The position numbers were made by a program, and so were the translations under genes. The notes beneath the pieces were generated by a model that ran no database searches, was not told the origin of the DNA, and saw nothing but the letters and a program-made list of their open reading frames with translations. Below, piece after piece: positions 37,337 through 49,449 of a stretch of DNA of 64,000 nt. Numbering within the stretch: position 1 is the stretch's first letter; each line of letters opens with the position of its first letter. Source of the DNA: Chiloscyllium plagiosum (lineage: Eukaryota); contig NC_057718.1 of assembly GCF_004010195.1 (NCBI RefSeq), forward strand, positions 28,682,277 through 28,746,276, in the 5' to 3' direction.

Positions 37337-38883
37337 CTGCCTGCAAAATCCAGCCCATCTGCCCCAAGTGGTGAGAGCGTGCAGTTAATTCTAAATTGCC
37401 TCATATTTTGTGCAACCTCCCGCAAGAAACAACATTGTGAGCTATTTTAAAAATGTTATCACTAAGTCTGTTATCAACAAATAGTGTAGATTTTGTGAGC
37501 ATGGGGAAGTGAGAGTTACAATAGTGATGAGAGTAAGGAGTGCAGCATGTGTGAACAGGAGAAAAGTGTAGACTTAAATATGACTGATTGTGGAAGAGTA
37601 AATGAAAGTGAATAATGTGAATGGTTACAGTTGGTGGAAATGTGAGTAGATAATACTGAGATAAGAAGTATGATTCTTAACTTGACAAAGCTGATGAGGT
37701 AATCAAACCTTTTTTGACATTGTAACAAAATCACGGAAGCTAAACTCGCCATATTAACATCATTTACCACTGCTTCCTACCATTGACAGAGATGTAAGTG
37801 CATAAGAAATAGGAAGTGTAGGGTCATTCAGACCTACACATCTACTCCTGTATTCAATAATGTCATAGTTATTCCGATTGCTGCCTGAGTTCCACTTTTC
37901 TGCCTAAACCCCAACATCATTCATTTATTTGTAGATCAAAAATCTGTCTAATAGCCCTCAATACATTCAGTGACCCAGCCCCAACTGCTTTCTGAAAAAG
38001 ATTTCAGTTATGAATGACCCCGAGAGAAGGGATTCCATTCTTCTTTCCATTTTAAGTGAGGGCCCAAATTGTGCTCTTTCCTTCCATCTTTCTGTCAGCA
38101 TTTATTCTGTTGGCTAATGGTTCTATATACATTAGAGGGAATTGAATCTCCCATCCATTGTCCACTGGTTGAAACAAGGCTTTCAAAGTGGCACTGGAGA
38201 ATCTAAAGGTACTGCAAGTCTTACAATAATTCTCTGTTTACAAACAACTCTTACAGTAATTCTGTTTACAAGCAATTTCATCTGTCTACAACTGGAGTGC
38301 ACATCCCCTCTAAGAAATGCTACCTGCATTTCAGTAGCATTAAATACACTCAATTTCCCCTGCACTCCCAAATAGACATGCAGCTATTAACAGTATAGGG
38401 ATTGTGTTTGCAGGTCTAAATCCATGGCACTACACTGCCAACACCAATTTTATGTGGTCTCTGTATCCACATGCACTTTGCCACCAGATCATCCATCTTC
38501 ACACAATGGAATTTATAAGCGCAGGGTAACTCAATATGAGATGGTAGCAGAGGCACTGAATTTCTTTTGAAATTTACTCAAGGATTGTTGGTGTTGTGCC
38601 CATCCCTAGTTGCCATGAGAATGTGATGGTGAGCTGCCTTCTTAAACCTCATATGTTGCTGTTAGGCCCAAAATGCCATCAGGGAGGGAATTCCAGTATT
38701 TTGACCCAATGACACAAGGAATGATATTAAATTTCCAAATCAGATGGTGATCAGTACTCAAATAAATACCTTTAACAAAAATAATACATTTAACAATACG
38801 TAACTGTTGACTATGTTCAAGAACATACATCTAAAACACATTAAATATTGTGATGTTGTATAATCCAACACATTTAGAGTCCA

Positions 38884-40197
38884 AAGAATCATAGAGATTT
38901 ACAGCATGGAAACAGACCCTTTGGTCCAACTCGTCCATGCTGACCAGATATCCTAACCTAATCTATACCCATTTGCCAGCACATGGCCCATATCCCTCAA
39001 AACTCTTCCTATTCATATACGCATCCAGATGCCTTTTAAATGTTGTAATTGTACCCACCTCACCACTTCCTCTGGCAGCTCATTCTGTACACGCACCATC
39101 CTTTGCGTGAAAAGGTTGCCTTTTAATTTTTTTCCCCCCACAGCCTAAACCTAGGCCTTCCTGTTCTGGCCTCTCCCACCCCAGGGAAAAGACCTTGTCT
39201 GTTTATCCTGTCCATGCCCCTCATGATTTTATAAAACTCTATAAGGTCACCCCTCAGCCTTCGACGCTCCAGGAAAAACAACCCCAGTCTATTCAGCCTC
39301 TCCCCATAACCCAAATCCTCCAACTATGGCAACATCTTTGTAAATCTTTTCTGAACCATTTTAAGTTTCACAACATCCTTCTGATAGGAGGGAGAAGAGC
39401 ATTGCACACAATATTCCAAACGTGGCCTACCAATGTCCTGTACAGCCGCAACATGACCTCCCAACTCCTGTACTCAATGCACTGACCAATAAAGGAAAGC
39501 ATACCAAATGCCTTCTTCACTATCCTATCTAGCTGCAACTCCACTTTCAAGGAATTATGAACCTGTACTCCAATGTCTGTTTGTTCAGCAACACTCCCGA
39601 GGACCTTACCATTACGTGTATATGTCCTGCTCTGATTTTCCTTTCCAAACACAGCACTTCACATTTATCTAAATTAAACTCCATTTGCCACTCCTCAGCA
39701 CACTGACCTATCTGATCAAGATCTCATTGTACTCTGAGGTAACCTTCTTCGCTGTCCACTACACCTCCAATTTTGGTGTCATCGGCAAATGTACTGATTA
39801 TACCTCCAATGTTCACATCCAAATCATTTATATAAATGATGAAAAGCAGCGGACCCAAAACTGATCCTTGTGGCACACCATTGGTCACAGGTCTCCATCT
39901 GAAAAGCAACCCTCCACCACTACCCTCTGTCTTCTACCTTTCAAGCCAGTTCTGTAACCAAATGGCTAGTTCTCCCTGTAATCCATGAGATCTAACCCTG
40001 CTAACCAGTCTACTATGAGGAACCTTGTCAAATGCCTTATGAAGTCCATATAGATCACGTCTGCCACTCTGCCCTCATCAAACCTCTTTGTTAGTTCTTC
40101 AAAAAACTCAATCAAGTTCGTGAGACATGATTTCCCATGCACAAAGCCATGTTGATTATCCCTAATCAGTCCTTGCCTTTCCAAATGCATGTAAATT
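38884..40197 (-). mobile_element. 5'-truncated CR1 LINE
   Basis: ORFs 39966..40190, 39724..39909 (FADDTK), 39368..39652 and 39123..39323; tail at 38884. Confidence 0.9.
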
Positions 40198-40250
40198 TCA
40201 TCTGTTAATTTATCAAATGAATATAAGTTGATTTCCTGTTCTATTTACAG

Positions 40251-40356
40251 CATTGCTTCAATGTCGAATGGATGCGTTCTTCAAGGAAAAGCTGTTAAGC
40301 ATGTTGATTACCAGGCTGAAACTCTTGTCTACAATGTACATCATCTACCTTCATAG
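40251..40356 (+). CDS. Host gene exon E: cytoplasmic tail and stop codon
   Basis: Acceptor tttcctgttctatttacag|; phase 2 matches exon D. Encodes (D)IASMSNGCVLQGKAVKHVDYQAETLVYNVHHLPS*; AATAAA at 40363-40368. Confidence 0.75.
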
Positions 40357-41093
40357 ATACAAAATAAAATATCCAGATACATCTGAAAAAAAAAACACAA
40401 TGCAAACAACAAATTATTGAAGAAATAATAATTTAAGAGCACTTAAACTGATATTGTATGTAATTCTTTAATGTATATTTATTTACAGGATGAAACAAAG
40501 TACAATATATCAATGGCAATATTTAGGTAGGCAATAATTTTCCTTTCTTCAGTGTGAAAGACTTCCAGAAAATTGTAGAAGTCTCCTATGGACCCAAGTC
40601 CAAACTTGTAACTGTGTCAGTGGCCATGGTATCATGGGATGTCACAACTATGGCAAATATGTAGCAGTTTCCTACCAGAGCAGAATCCAACTCTGGTATC
40701 AATTTCTATTACTTTTGGCATTTGCAAACAAGCAGCTTATTGTAAATTATATATCGTGCACATCTTTTTTCTCTTAGCTCCAATGTATGTATGCTTATGC
40801 AGTATTTCATATCTATTCTCATTTATTTACTAAATGTAAACCTACAATCAGTGACATTTGGAAGCTGGTTACCTCGTACTCTCCTATCTCCTCTCAATCA
40901 TTTTGAATCACTGCTTCAATGGTCCTCACAAATCTTAAATTTCCATTTAGTGATAATGGACTGGATTTTTCAATAGCATGCCGATCCCACCGTCATAACC
41001 GGAACCATGTGCCACTTTGAAATGCCTTTTCCTGTGCAATTATAATCAAAATTCTAAATGCCAGTGGCATCCACACAAAACACATTCAATTTA

Positions 41094-41291
41094 GTAAAAA
41101 CTGAAATAACTGCGGATGCTGTAAATCAGAAACAAAAACAAAATTGCTGGAAATGTTCAGCAGGTCTGACAGTACGTTTCAGGTCGGGTTTGAGTTCTGA
41201 GACAGGGTCTCAACCCGAAATGCTAACTCTGATTTCTCTCCACAGATGCTGCCAGATCTGCTGAGCTTTTCCAGCATTTTCTGTTTTTGTG
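41094..41291. mobile_element. Older PLE fold-back insert with degenerate hammerhead
   Basis: Inverted pLTR tails. GAGTT (41192-41196) and AACTC (41225-41229) form stem I around a decayed core CTGAGAC...CCCGAAATGCT. No clean TSD. Confidence 0.75.
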
Positions 41292-42814
41292 ACTTCAAGT
41301 TAATTTTGGGGAAGACTTTTGATGTTGAACACCACCTGGAGGATCTGCCCAAATTCGTTGCCATTAAATAAAATATGGCAGCACATAGGTGGGATTTTTT
41401 GAGTTATTTCAGTTTAAAGTCTATGCAATATGTGGATAATATTAGTAAAGATAATCAGAGTGTTTAAGTTGATCTGGTAAGATATTTTAATTACAGCATG
41501 ATATATTAAATTAGTACTTATTCACAAAAAGTCAAAAGACCTACATAGTTTGGGAATAGAAATTCACACCCTTATTTTCTTTCTACCACATTAGACAGTG
41601 CCAATCTGAAACCTGCTCATTATTTTAATACATGGCAGACTTCTGTACCTTTTTTGTTAATTTTCCCAATACTATTCTATCCAGTATTCTCATCTTCTTG
41701 GCTTCCCTTGTATTTTTCTTCATATCATGGCAGGCCTATGTCTAATTATACTGGTGTACAGTCCCACTCCCTGATGGTTCTGTCTTTAAGGTTAATATTG
41801 GTGTCACTATTTTATGGCCTGTAAAAGCTCAATTACCAACTGTAACAATACAACCATATTATAGCTTCTTGAACATTGCTGTTGAAGTCTAAATGTTGTA
41901 ATATTAATCTTGACTCTTCTATTGTTGTCATTTCCTCTTTAATAGTATTTTCACAGAAATCTGAAGTAAACTATCTAGTCAGTATACTTGCCAACTTATG
42001 AGCTGATCTCGCCCAGCCTTTTTAAAAAAACTTGTTCCTCTTTGTGCTGGTCCACAAATACAAACAGAATCTAAACCTGATTATTTCTTTGCTCTATTAG
42101 TTTAGTGGAGCAAGTTTTGTCAATAAAGGCCTCCTCTCGCTAAAATTGTAATCTGCTGTCTACTTTTCCACCACCAGAGGTGCATAACAGCTCTGACAGA
42201 AGCCCTAACCTGAACATAATGTTGTTCAATGTAGCATAATAGGTGACATTTTGAAATGGCCTTGGAAGAAGATTACCAGTGCCGAAATCTGATCTAGTAG
42301 AAAGAATCAATGGGGAGAGAATGAAATGTTTCTCAGAGAACTAGTTTATAACACTCTAATAATGCAGCAACAAAGTGCACGACTCAATGTCTCAGAGGAG
42401 GTGGAGCTTGCAAAGAAGAGTTTGCATCAACCCCATTTCCTGTTTCTACACAACCTGTAGTTTAGGAGCTGCTGCACTATATTGATTTGACAAGGAACCC
42501 ACAATTTCACATGGGCATTATACTAAAGATAACAATGATGTATTTTACCATGTTAACCCTGTTCAAACTGTTCCATGGTCTGATATTAATAGTTCATCAA
42601 GTAGATTAGCAATCACCTTTCTATTTCGCTATAAATGGTCATCTGTGCATCTGAGTAGTTTCAATCTGCAGTCATGCCATTCAGAATTCAGGGTAGCCAT
42701 GGCAGCCAACAAGAATCTTCACTTCTTGTACTTCAAAAGTCTGAACCTAGCACTATTCTGGATCAGTGGTGCTGGAAGAGCACAGCAATTCAGGCAGCAT
42801 CCGAGGACAGGCAA

Positions 42815-42850
42815 AATCGACGTTTCGGGCAAAAGCCCTTCATCAGGAAT
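42815..42850 (-). ncRNA. Minimal type I hammerhead ribozyme motif (PLE-associated, short stem III)
   Basis: Exact reverse complement of the 43161-43196 motif. Confidence 0.7.
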
Positions 42851-43160
42851 AAAGGCAGAGTGGGCAGATAAGGAGTGACCTTGCAGCAAACAAGCTGATG
42901 ATAGACTGTGGATTTCAACAGTTCCTCATTTCCCCTTCCCCCACCTCATCCTAGCTTCTAACCTCCAGCAACTCGATCCCCTGACCTGTCCGGACTTGTC
43001 CGACCTGCCCAGCTCCTTTTCCACCTATCCACTCCACCCTCTCCTCCCTGACCTATCACCTTCATCTCCTTCCCCACTGACCTATTGTACTCTATGCCAC
43101 TCTCTCCCCACCCCCACCCTCCTCTAGCTTATCTCTCCACGCTTCAGGCTCTCTGCCTTT

Positions 43161-43196
43161 ATTCCTGATGAAGGGCTTTTGCCCGAAACGTCGATT
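43161..43196 (+). ncRNA. Minimal type I hammerhead ribozyme motif (PLE-associated, short stem III)
   Basis: CUGAUGA (43165-43171), extra A, stem II GGGC-UUUU-GCCC, GAAA-CG-UC with palindromic ACGU; predicted cleavage after C43192. Stem I pairing is weak. Confidence 0.72.
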
Positions 43197-46164
43197 TTGC
43201 CTGTCCTCGGATGCTGCCTGAATTGCTGTGCTCTTCCAGCACCACTGATCCAGAATCTGGTTTCCAGCATCTGCAGTCATTGTTTTTACCTCTCTGAACC
43301 TAGCACTAGTCTAATTGATTCTTATTTATGAACCACAAGGATAGAATTCTCTAGTGAAAAGATCCAATATCAAAACTGTAACTGGGAGGCAGCAAAGATT
43401 AATCACATTTGAATAGCACACCACTGCCCTTGAAGCTAAAGTGGGCAAGTGAGCAGATAAGGAGTGACCTTGCAGCAAACAAGCTGATGATAGACTTCTG
43501 TTCCCCACAATGAGCATTGATTTAGGACAAGGAGATTTAAACAATTTGGGGAGAGGCAATGGGACATATTGGCACGGAGCATTGAAGGGAAACAGACATG
43601 TTTTATTTGGATGGGTTGCAGAGTTGGTGGATATCAATGCTCACATTGGTAATTTGCAGTCATTTTTGCAATGGCAGAAGTGTTGCTAAAAGGCTAAAGA
43701 AATTGAACAGATGTCATGGTAAATGCACTATTAATGAATGACACTGGTCCAAATAGAGACTAATGATTACGATATGATTAGTACAATAAAAATCTTTGAT
43801 AAAATTGTGGCGTGTTCTACTATATTGTACATTGCATGTGCAAGCATATATGAAACCTATTGAATAAATTTATCAATGAATATAGATTGCACTCAATTCT
43901 GAAATATCCTGTATACCAAAGAAACTCACTTATTTATACTGCATATTTGTTTCTTCTGAAATCAAGATGTGATCTGTTCTTAATAAGGCTTAGCATGATA
44001 TCACATAGAAACTACACAAGAGGAATTTTGTTTGATCCAATCCACCTGGAAGACAATGGATTCATGAATTTTAAAATCCTACTTTACACGAGTGAAATCC
44101 AAGTATTTTCTTACTTTCCATTTATAATCCAGACTTGCAAATATTTGACATAAAAGAGAATTATTTCTACTTAAAAGAGAAAGCATGAGGTTGGAAATAT
44201 CTTGGAGTTGTTTCTGCAGCTGGAAGTGAGCCATCAATCTGCCTATGGATATAGAAACATAGAAGCTAAGAGCAAAAATAGGCTCTTCTTGCATTCTCTC
44301 CACACCTCTTGATATCTTTAATATCTAAAAGTGTATAGTTTTATAATGACATGAAATATAAATTAAGAAAAAGTGAGAAAAATGAGAGTTACAATTTGAA
44401 TTCAGAACACTGATTGAGAATGAAATTGTCAAGTTGGGCGATTAGGAGATCTAAGTTTGGCAGATTTAAACTCTAGACCTAGTTACTCTCACAGACCTAC
44501 ATTGTAAAATGCTCCTAAACTCTCTCACAGAGCCATACAGTAATCTGTTCTAAATCTGCTCAGACTCTTACTGGAAGATGTCCATTAACCATCTCTCAGA
44601 TCCACACTATAATCAGGTCCATAGTCAAAATAGCAGTTGGGTACCAACAGCATTATTAGATGCTAATCTGAAATTTAAAGTTGGATCCTGTTGATTTTCT
44701 AGCTTGCTTGTGCATGAGAACATGTTAAAATTGAAGCTGGGATGGGAAGGCAGTAGACATCAATGAATGTGTGACTAGGCCAGGTTAACAGCTCCCTCAG
44801 ACAAGTGAGGTATAAATTTTACTTAGACTTAAATAAGCACCTAGTTGAGAATGTCACAAATTCAGCAGCATGTCTGACTTGGAGTGTTATTCAGGAATTT
44901 CAACTAAAATTTATAATTGCAGTCAGTACTTCAGGGCTGGATAGGAGTGAGTACGTTCCCTGTTGCATTTTAACTGTCCTTCCTTCTTTCATCTAATTAA
45001 TATGTCATGAACATGTGACCTCACTATAGTGAACTATAGAACATTTGTTTCAATAGAGCATACGTCAATGATGAGTAGGTAACAAGATCTACTTTTGATA
45101 TGTCCTTAGAAACAAAATATTTTTCACTCAATGCCTAAAGATATACTCAGAGTTTAATAGTGACCTCTAAATCATCAGCTGATGCTAGTCAAATGGTACT
45201 TTTGAAATATACTGTTAACTCCAGCTTTCGTAACTTTCAATAAAAAACCCTTTTTGAAAGTTAATCCATGCATTTGACATTGTATCAAATATCAAAGACA
45301 TCCATTTAAAAGGAATAATGTTTGTTTTTAGGTAGCTTTGTTTTTTGCATAGACTGGTTCAAAAATTCAAGTTTATGGCTGCCACAGATGAGACAATGAT
45401 AAGTCTTGCAGGACATCATTTCATTTTGTCAATGCAGTCCAGTTCTTTTTATATCTTACTCCCAGTGATTATTGTTCAGGTTCAATTCTGAACAGTGGGT
45501 GTTAGGTGGGTAGAACTGTAATGATTACTCCTGATGCAACACACTGGATAGGCTGGACCTAAAGTTCTCATGCCAGTAGGTTTGAAGCCAGGGTGCACAT
45601 TAAATCCAGTGGCTGACCTGGTCATCACCTGCCCCTGTCCTACAGCAATTATACCAATGATGGGAGCTTTTGACAACTTAATCATGAGTGAGACAATTGA
45701 AGCCCTTAAAGTGGGGTAGTAAAGAAACCCGAGCCAAGTGCCAGCCCAGTAGGTTTCCCTGCGCAGGCTGGCAGCAGGCAGGTGGGATCGGAGATGGTGC
45801 TCTTATTTAAATGGATTCCCTGACCACATCAGAGGGAATCCAATCCCAATCCTATCGCTGTCTCTTTTGTGCTCCCCATCCCTGAAGGTCCAATCCCTCT
45901 CCCAGTTTTCCCTCCCAACCAGCTATCTATTCTAGCCCCAAAAATCTTTGCTCCCCCATTCCCCTTACCAATACTGTTTGGCTCTGACAAGACCAAACAA
46001 GATTTATATTTGTTTATGTAAAGTGATCTACAAAATAGACTAAATGAAGAAGAGATATACTTGGCCATCACCAGAGAAAACAAGAAAGAAAAGCAATATT
46101 TTAACTATTAAACTTAGCTTATTAAAATGTAAATAGATAAATGTTAGAAGCTAATCTATTGATA

Positions 46165-46308
46165 AATTCTTGATGTCACAAGGAATTAAGGGCTACGGGG
46201 AGAATGCGGGTAAGTGGAGTTGAAATGCCCATCAGCCATGATTGAATGGCGGAGTGGACTCGATGGGCCGAATGGCCTTACTTCCGCTCCTATGCCTTAT
46301 GGTCTTAT
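46165..46308 (+). mobile_element. Young CR1 3' end fragment
   Basis: GGAATTAAGGGCTACGGGGAG...GGGCCGAATGGCCTTACTTCCGCTCCTATGCCTTATGGTCTTATG. Confidence 0.85.
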
Positions 46309-46852
46309 GCAAAATTAGCAGAGGTGACATCAGGTTTTGTTATTGTGTCCCGGGTCAAAATAATAACAAATGCAAGCTACTCAAAGAAGAGATCAGAAAG
46401 ATTATATAATTCAAAATATTAATTGGTCAGCAGGGGTTTTTACCTACTAGAAATTGGAATTACTTTCTTATTTGTGTTAGGGAAGCCACAATAATTAACT
46501 TGCATCTTGACATATGTGATAAGTGGCACAAATAGCATATTGCTAACAAATATAAAATCGAGGGGCACCAGTGACCCAAACATCACAGTTGACAAAATCT
46601 GAGTTCAAGACATATATCGTTACGTAGGAGAGGAAGGTGCAGGTGTTCACATCTTCCTGCTGCCATTGTCCTGCTAGCTGGTAGAGTTTGGAAGGTGTTG
46701 TTGAAGGGTTCTCACTGTGTTGCTCCACTGCACCTTGTATATTGTGAACACCGCTGCCACTGTATTTGTGTGTACAGGAAGTAACTTTTCAAGGTGGTAC
46801 TACTGGAGAATAGGCTGTTTGGAGGATCTGGAAACCTGACAATTTACTTGCT

Positions 46853-46983
46853 GAGGAGAAAGTGAGGACTGCAGATGCTGGAGATCAGAGTTGAGAGTGT
46901 GGTGCTAGAAAAACACAGCAGGTCAGGCAGCATTCAAGGAGTAGGAGAATTGATATATCAGGCATAAGCTCTTCATCAGGAAT
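46853..46983 (-). mobile_element. PLE pLTR fragment, same family as 6635-6848 and 37140-37336
   Basis: GAGGAGAAAGTGAGGACTGCAGATGCTGGAG...CTTCATCAGGAAT; ends just at the 5' side of the decayed hammerhead core. Confidence 0.82.
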
Positions 46984-47689
46984 GAGGTGAAAGACTAGCT
47001 ACAATGGAAGAATATCCTTTTCCAGAAGTTTGACTATAGCATTGCCTTTAAGGATCAATCGTTGTGTCCCTCTACATGTTGAATTAATGCACATAGTATT
47101 ATTGTGCATAGTTCATGCATCAGTATCTCAAAATTATATCAGATTCCAATGTTTATCTATCTTACAAAGTCTTATGGCTAGCCTTCCACAACTTCAGAAA
47201 AAAGGAAGCAAGCAGCTTGGGAGCAGGGATAAGCCAACCGGTTTGGCAACTTGATTTTGAGAGCACTATCACCCCATTCCCAACCAAAAACAGCAGAGAA
47301 AATTATATGTATATATACACTCAAAATTGACCTGAGAATTGTATCCGAGGATCCTAGGGGAAATGCATAAGTAATAGTGGTTGCCCTGGGAACTACATTT
47401 CAGTGTCCTACTCAATGTAATTTTGAACTGGACAGTAACCAATATCAAATCTCTTTACACAATAGAAGACAACTAATTTGAATAATTAAAGGCTGATTAA
47501 TAAAACTTCTATGTAAGGGAAAATTTTGAACTCTTTAATTAAAGATGAAAATACTAATTTTCAGAAAGAGCATGTTTAAAATTTAATAGAATTCTTTCAA
47601 GGGGTGGCATATGCAAGGTTGGGAGGAATGGAGTGACTATGATGTAAGTCAATTTTCAGAAGATGTTTTGGCAAGATGTCATCAGGAAA

Positions 47690-48474
47690 ATATTAATGGA
47701 AGTTCCAAGATTAAGGAGTTAGGTAAGTGTTGTAAATGGACTAAAAATGGTTGGAAGGGAAGATTTTTTGTCAGAATGTGTGGAAGAAGATAGTGCTGTA
47801 CTACAAGGTTCTGTTCTGGATCATTTCTGTTTATTGCATACTTCAAAAATAAATTAAAGGCAGTGATGTCTAAGTTTGCATACTATACTGAATTAGGAGG
47901 CATAGTAAATATTTCTGAGGACCAAAGAGTGAAGAAACGCGATATCAATAAGATGATGAACTAAGCAAAAAATTTCACTAAGTGCTCAATGAAACATTTT
48001 GTAAAAATAGAAAATAATAACCATACATTGAGTAAAAATAAGCTGAATGATGTAAACTTTCTGTCTCATTTGGGATTTCAAAGTCAAAACATGCTAAAAG
48101 AAGCATGGCATATGAATAAGGCAACAGATAGTTAATGCAATACTGGATTTTGTGACAAGAAATATACAAATTACAAAATTGGTAAATAAATGTGATACAG
48201 TGAAGAATTTGCATAAAATAACAGAATGGCCACAATTAGATTACTGTCCGCTGCTCTGAGCTCCACATAATGAAGACGTTGAAACATTGGTGAGCATAAC
48301 AAGAAGATTCAAAAGAAATTTAGTATTTCTATCGTAAGGAGAATTAAATTCAAGGAAAGACTGGAAAATATCGGGGCACCTTTCATTCTAATAGGAGGTT
48401 ATAGGTGATTTGATAAAGGTATTTAAAATATAGTACTAAGGTAAGCAGACTATAATTGAGGTATCTAGAAGAAG
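47690..48474 (+). mobile_element. Very old CR1 RT/C-terminal remnant (resumes at ~50743-50860)
   Basis: Remnants CTACAAGGTTCTGTTCTGG, TCTAAGTTTGCATAC, AGAAGATTCAAAAGA; interrupted by the Penelope element. Confidence 0.6.
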
Positions 48475-49232
48475 GAGCAGCCGAGCTACAAATCTTCTCA
48501 CAAACTTTGAATACCTACGGGCGTAAGATGCTAAGACAAGCTAGGAAATGGGAATCCTGTGTCAACCACCTAAGCGCCACATACGAACAACTCCGGTTCC
48601 TGCACGAATGCCAAAAGAATTGAATCCTTCCAGCATGTGTCAGATACAGACCACCAGTCAACAACCTACAAGCCAGGACACAGCCAGACAGAACGGATTC
48701 AGGATGATCCAGGTAATGATTACAGATGCTCACAACAGACTTCACAAATACAGATAAGAAATTGCGCGCCAAAAACCGTTAATTTCAAAAACCACCAATC
48801 AGGAATGGACCCGGACCATAGAACAGGCCGTTACCATAGGACAGAACAGGACCACATACCGCAGAAAAACGGCACTAAAAGGAAAAATGGCCAAACTAAC
48901 ACACAACAGCGAGGACACCACAACACACACCTGGGTTAGAAACCTCTCCCACAGACAGCTCACAGACACAGAAAGAACAATACTGGCCAAGGGACTCAAC
49001 TACAACCACAGGGACGCCAAGACAGCAGACTTCCTAGCAGCACAACATTGCACATTCAGGAACAATGGACTGACAGAAGAGACACAACAAACAGTGAGAC
49101 AAAGTATCGTACCCCTGATAACAAGGAAAAGACAAACACATAACCTCAACACCAAGGAGAGGGAAGCACTAAAAGCACTAAGGAACGATAAGAACATAAT
49201 CATACTACCAGCAGACAAAGGCAGAATGACGG

Positions 49233-49449
49233 NNNNNNNNNNNNNNNNNNNNNNNNNNNNNNNNNNNNNNNNNNNNNNNNNNNNNNNNNNNNNNNNNNNN
49301 NNNNNNNNNNNNNNNNNNNNNNNNNNNNNNNNNNNNNNNNNNNNNNNNNNNNNNNNNNNNNNNNNNNNNNNNNNNNNNNNNNNNNNNNNNNNNNNNNNNN
49401 NNNNNNNNNNNNNNNNNNNNNNNNNNNNNNNNNNNNNNNNNNNNNNNNN
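49233..49449. other. Assembly gap (217 N)
   Basis: Run of N bases. Confidence 1.

Larger units (their letters stand above)
42756..43292 (+). mobile_element. Very young PLE-derived insert with 5' inversion and captured filler
   Basis: 16-bp TSD TCTGAACCTAGCACTA (42740-42755, 43293-43308); identical 106-bp inverted arms 42755-42860 and 43151-43256. Confidence 0.93.
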
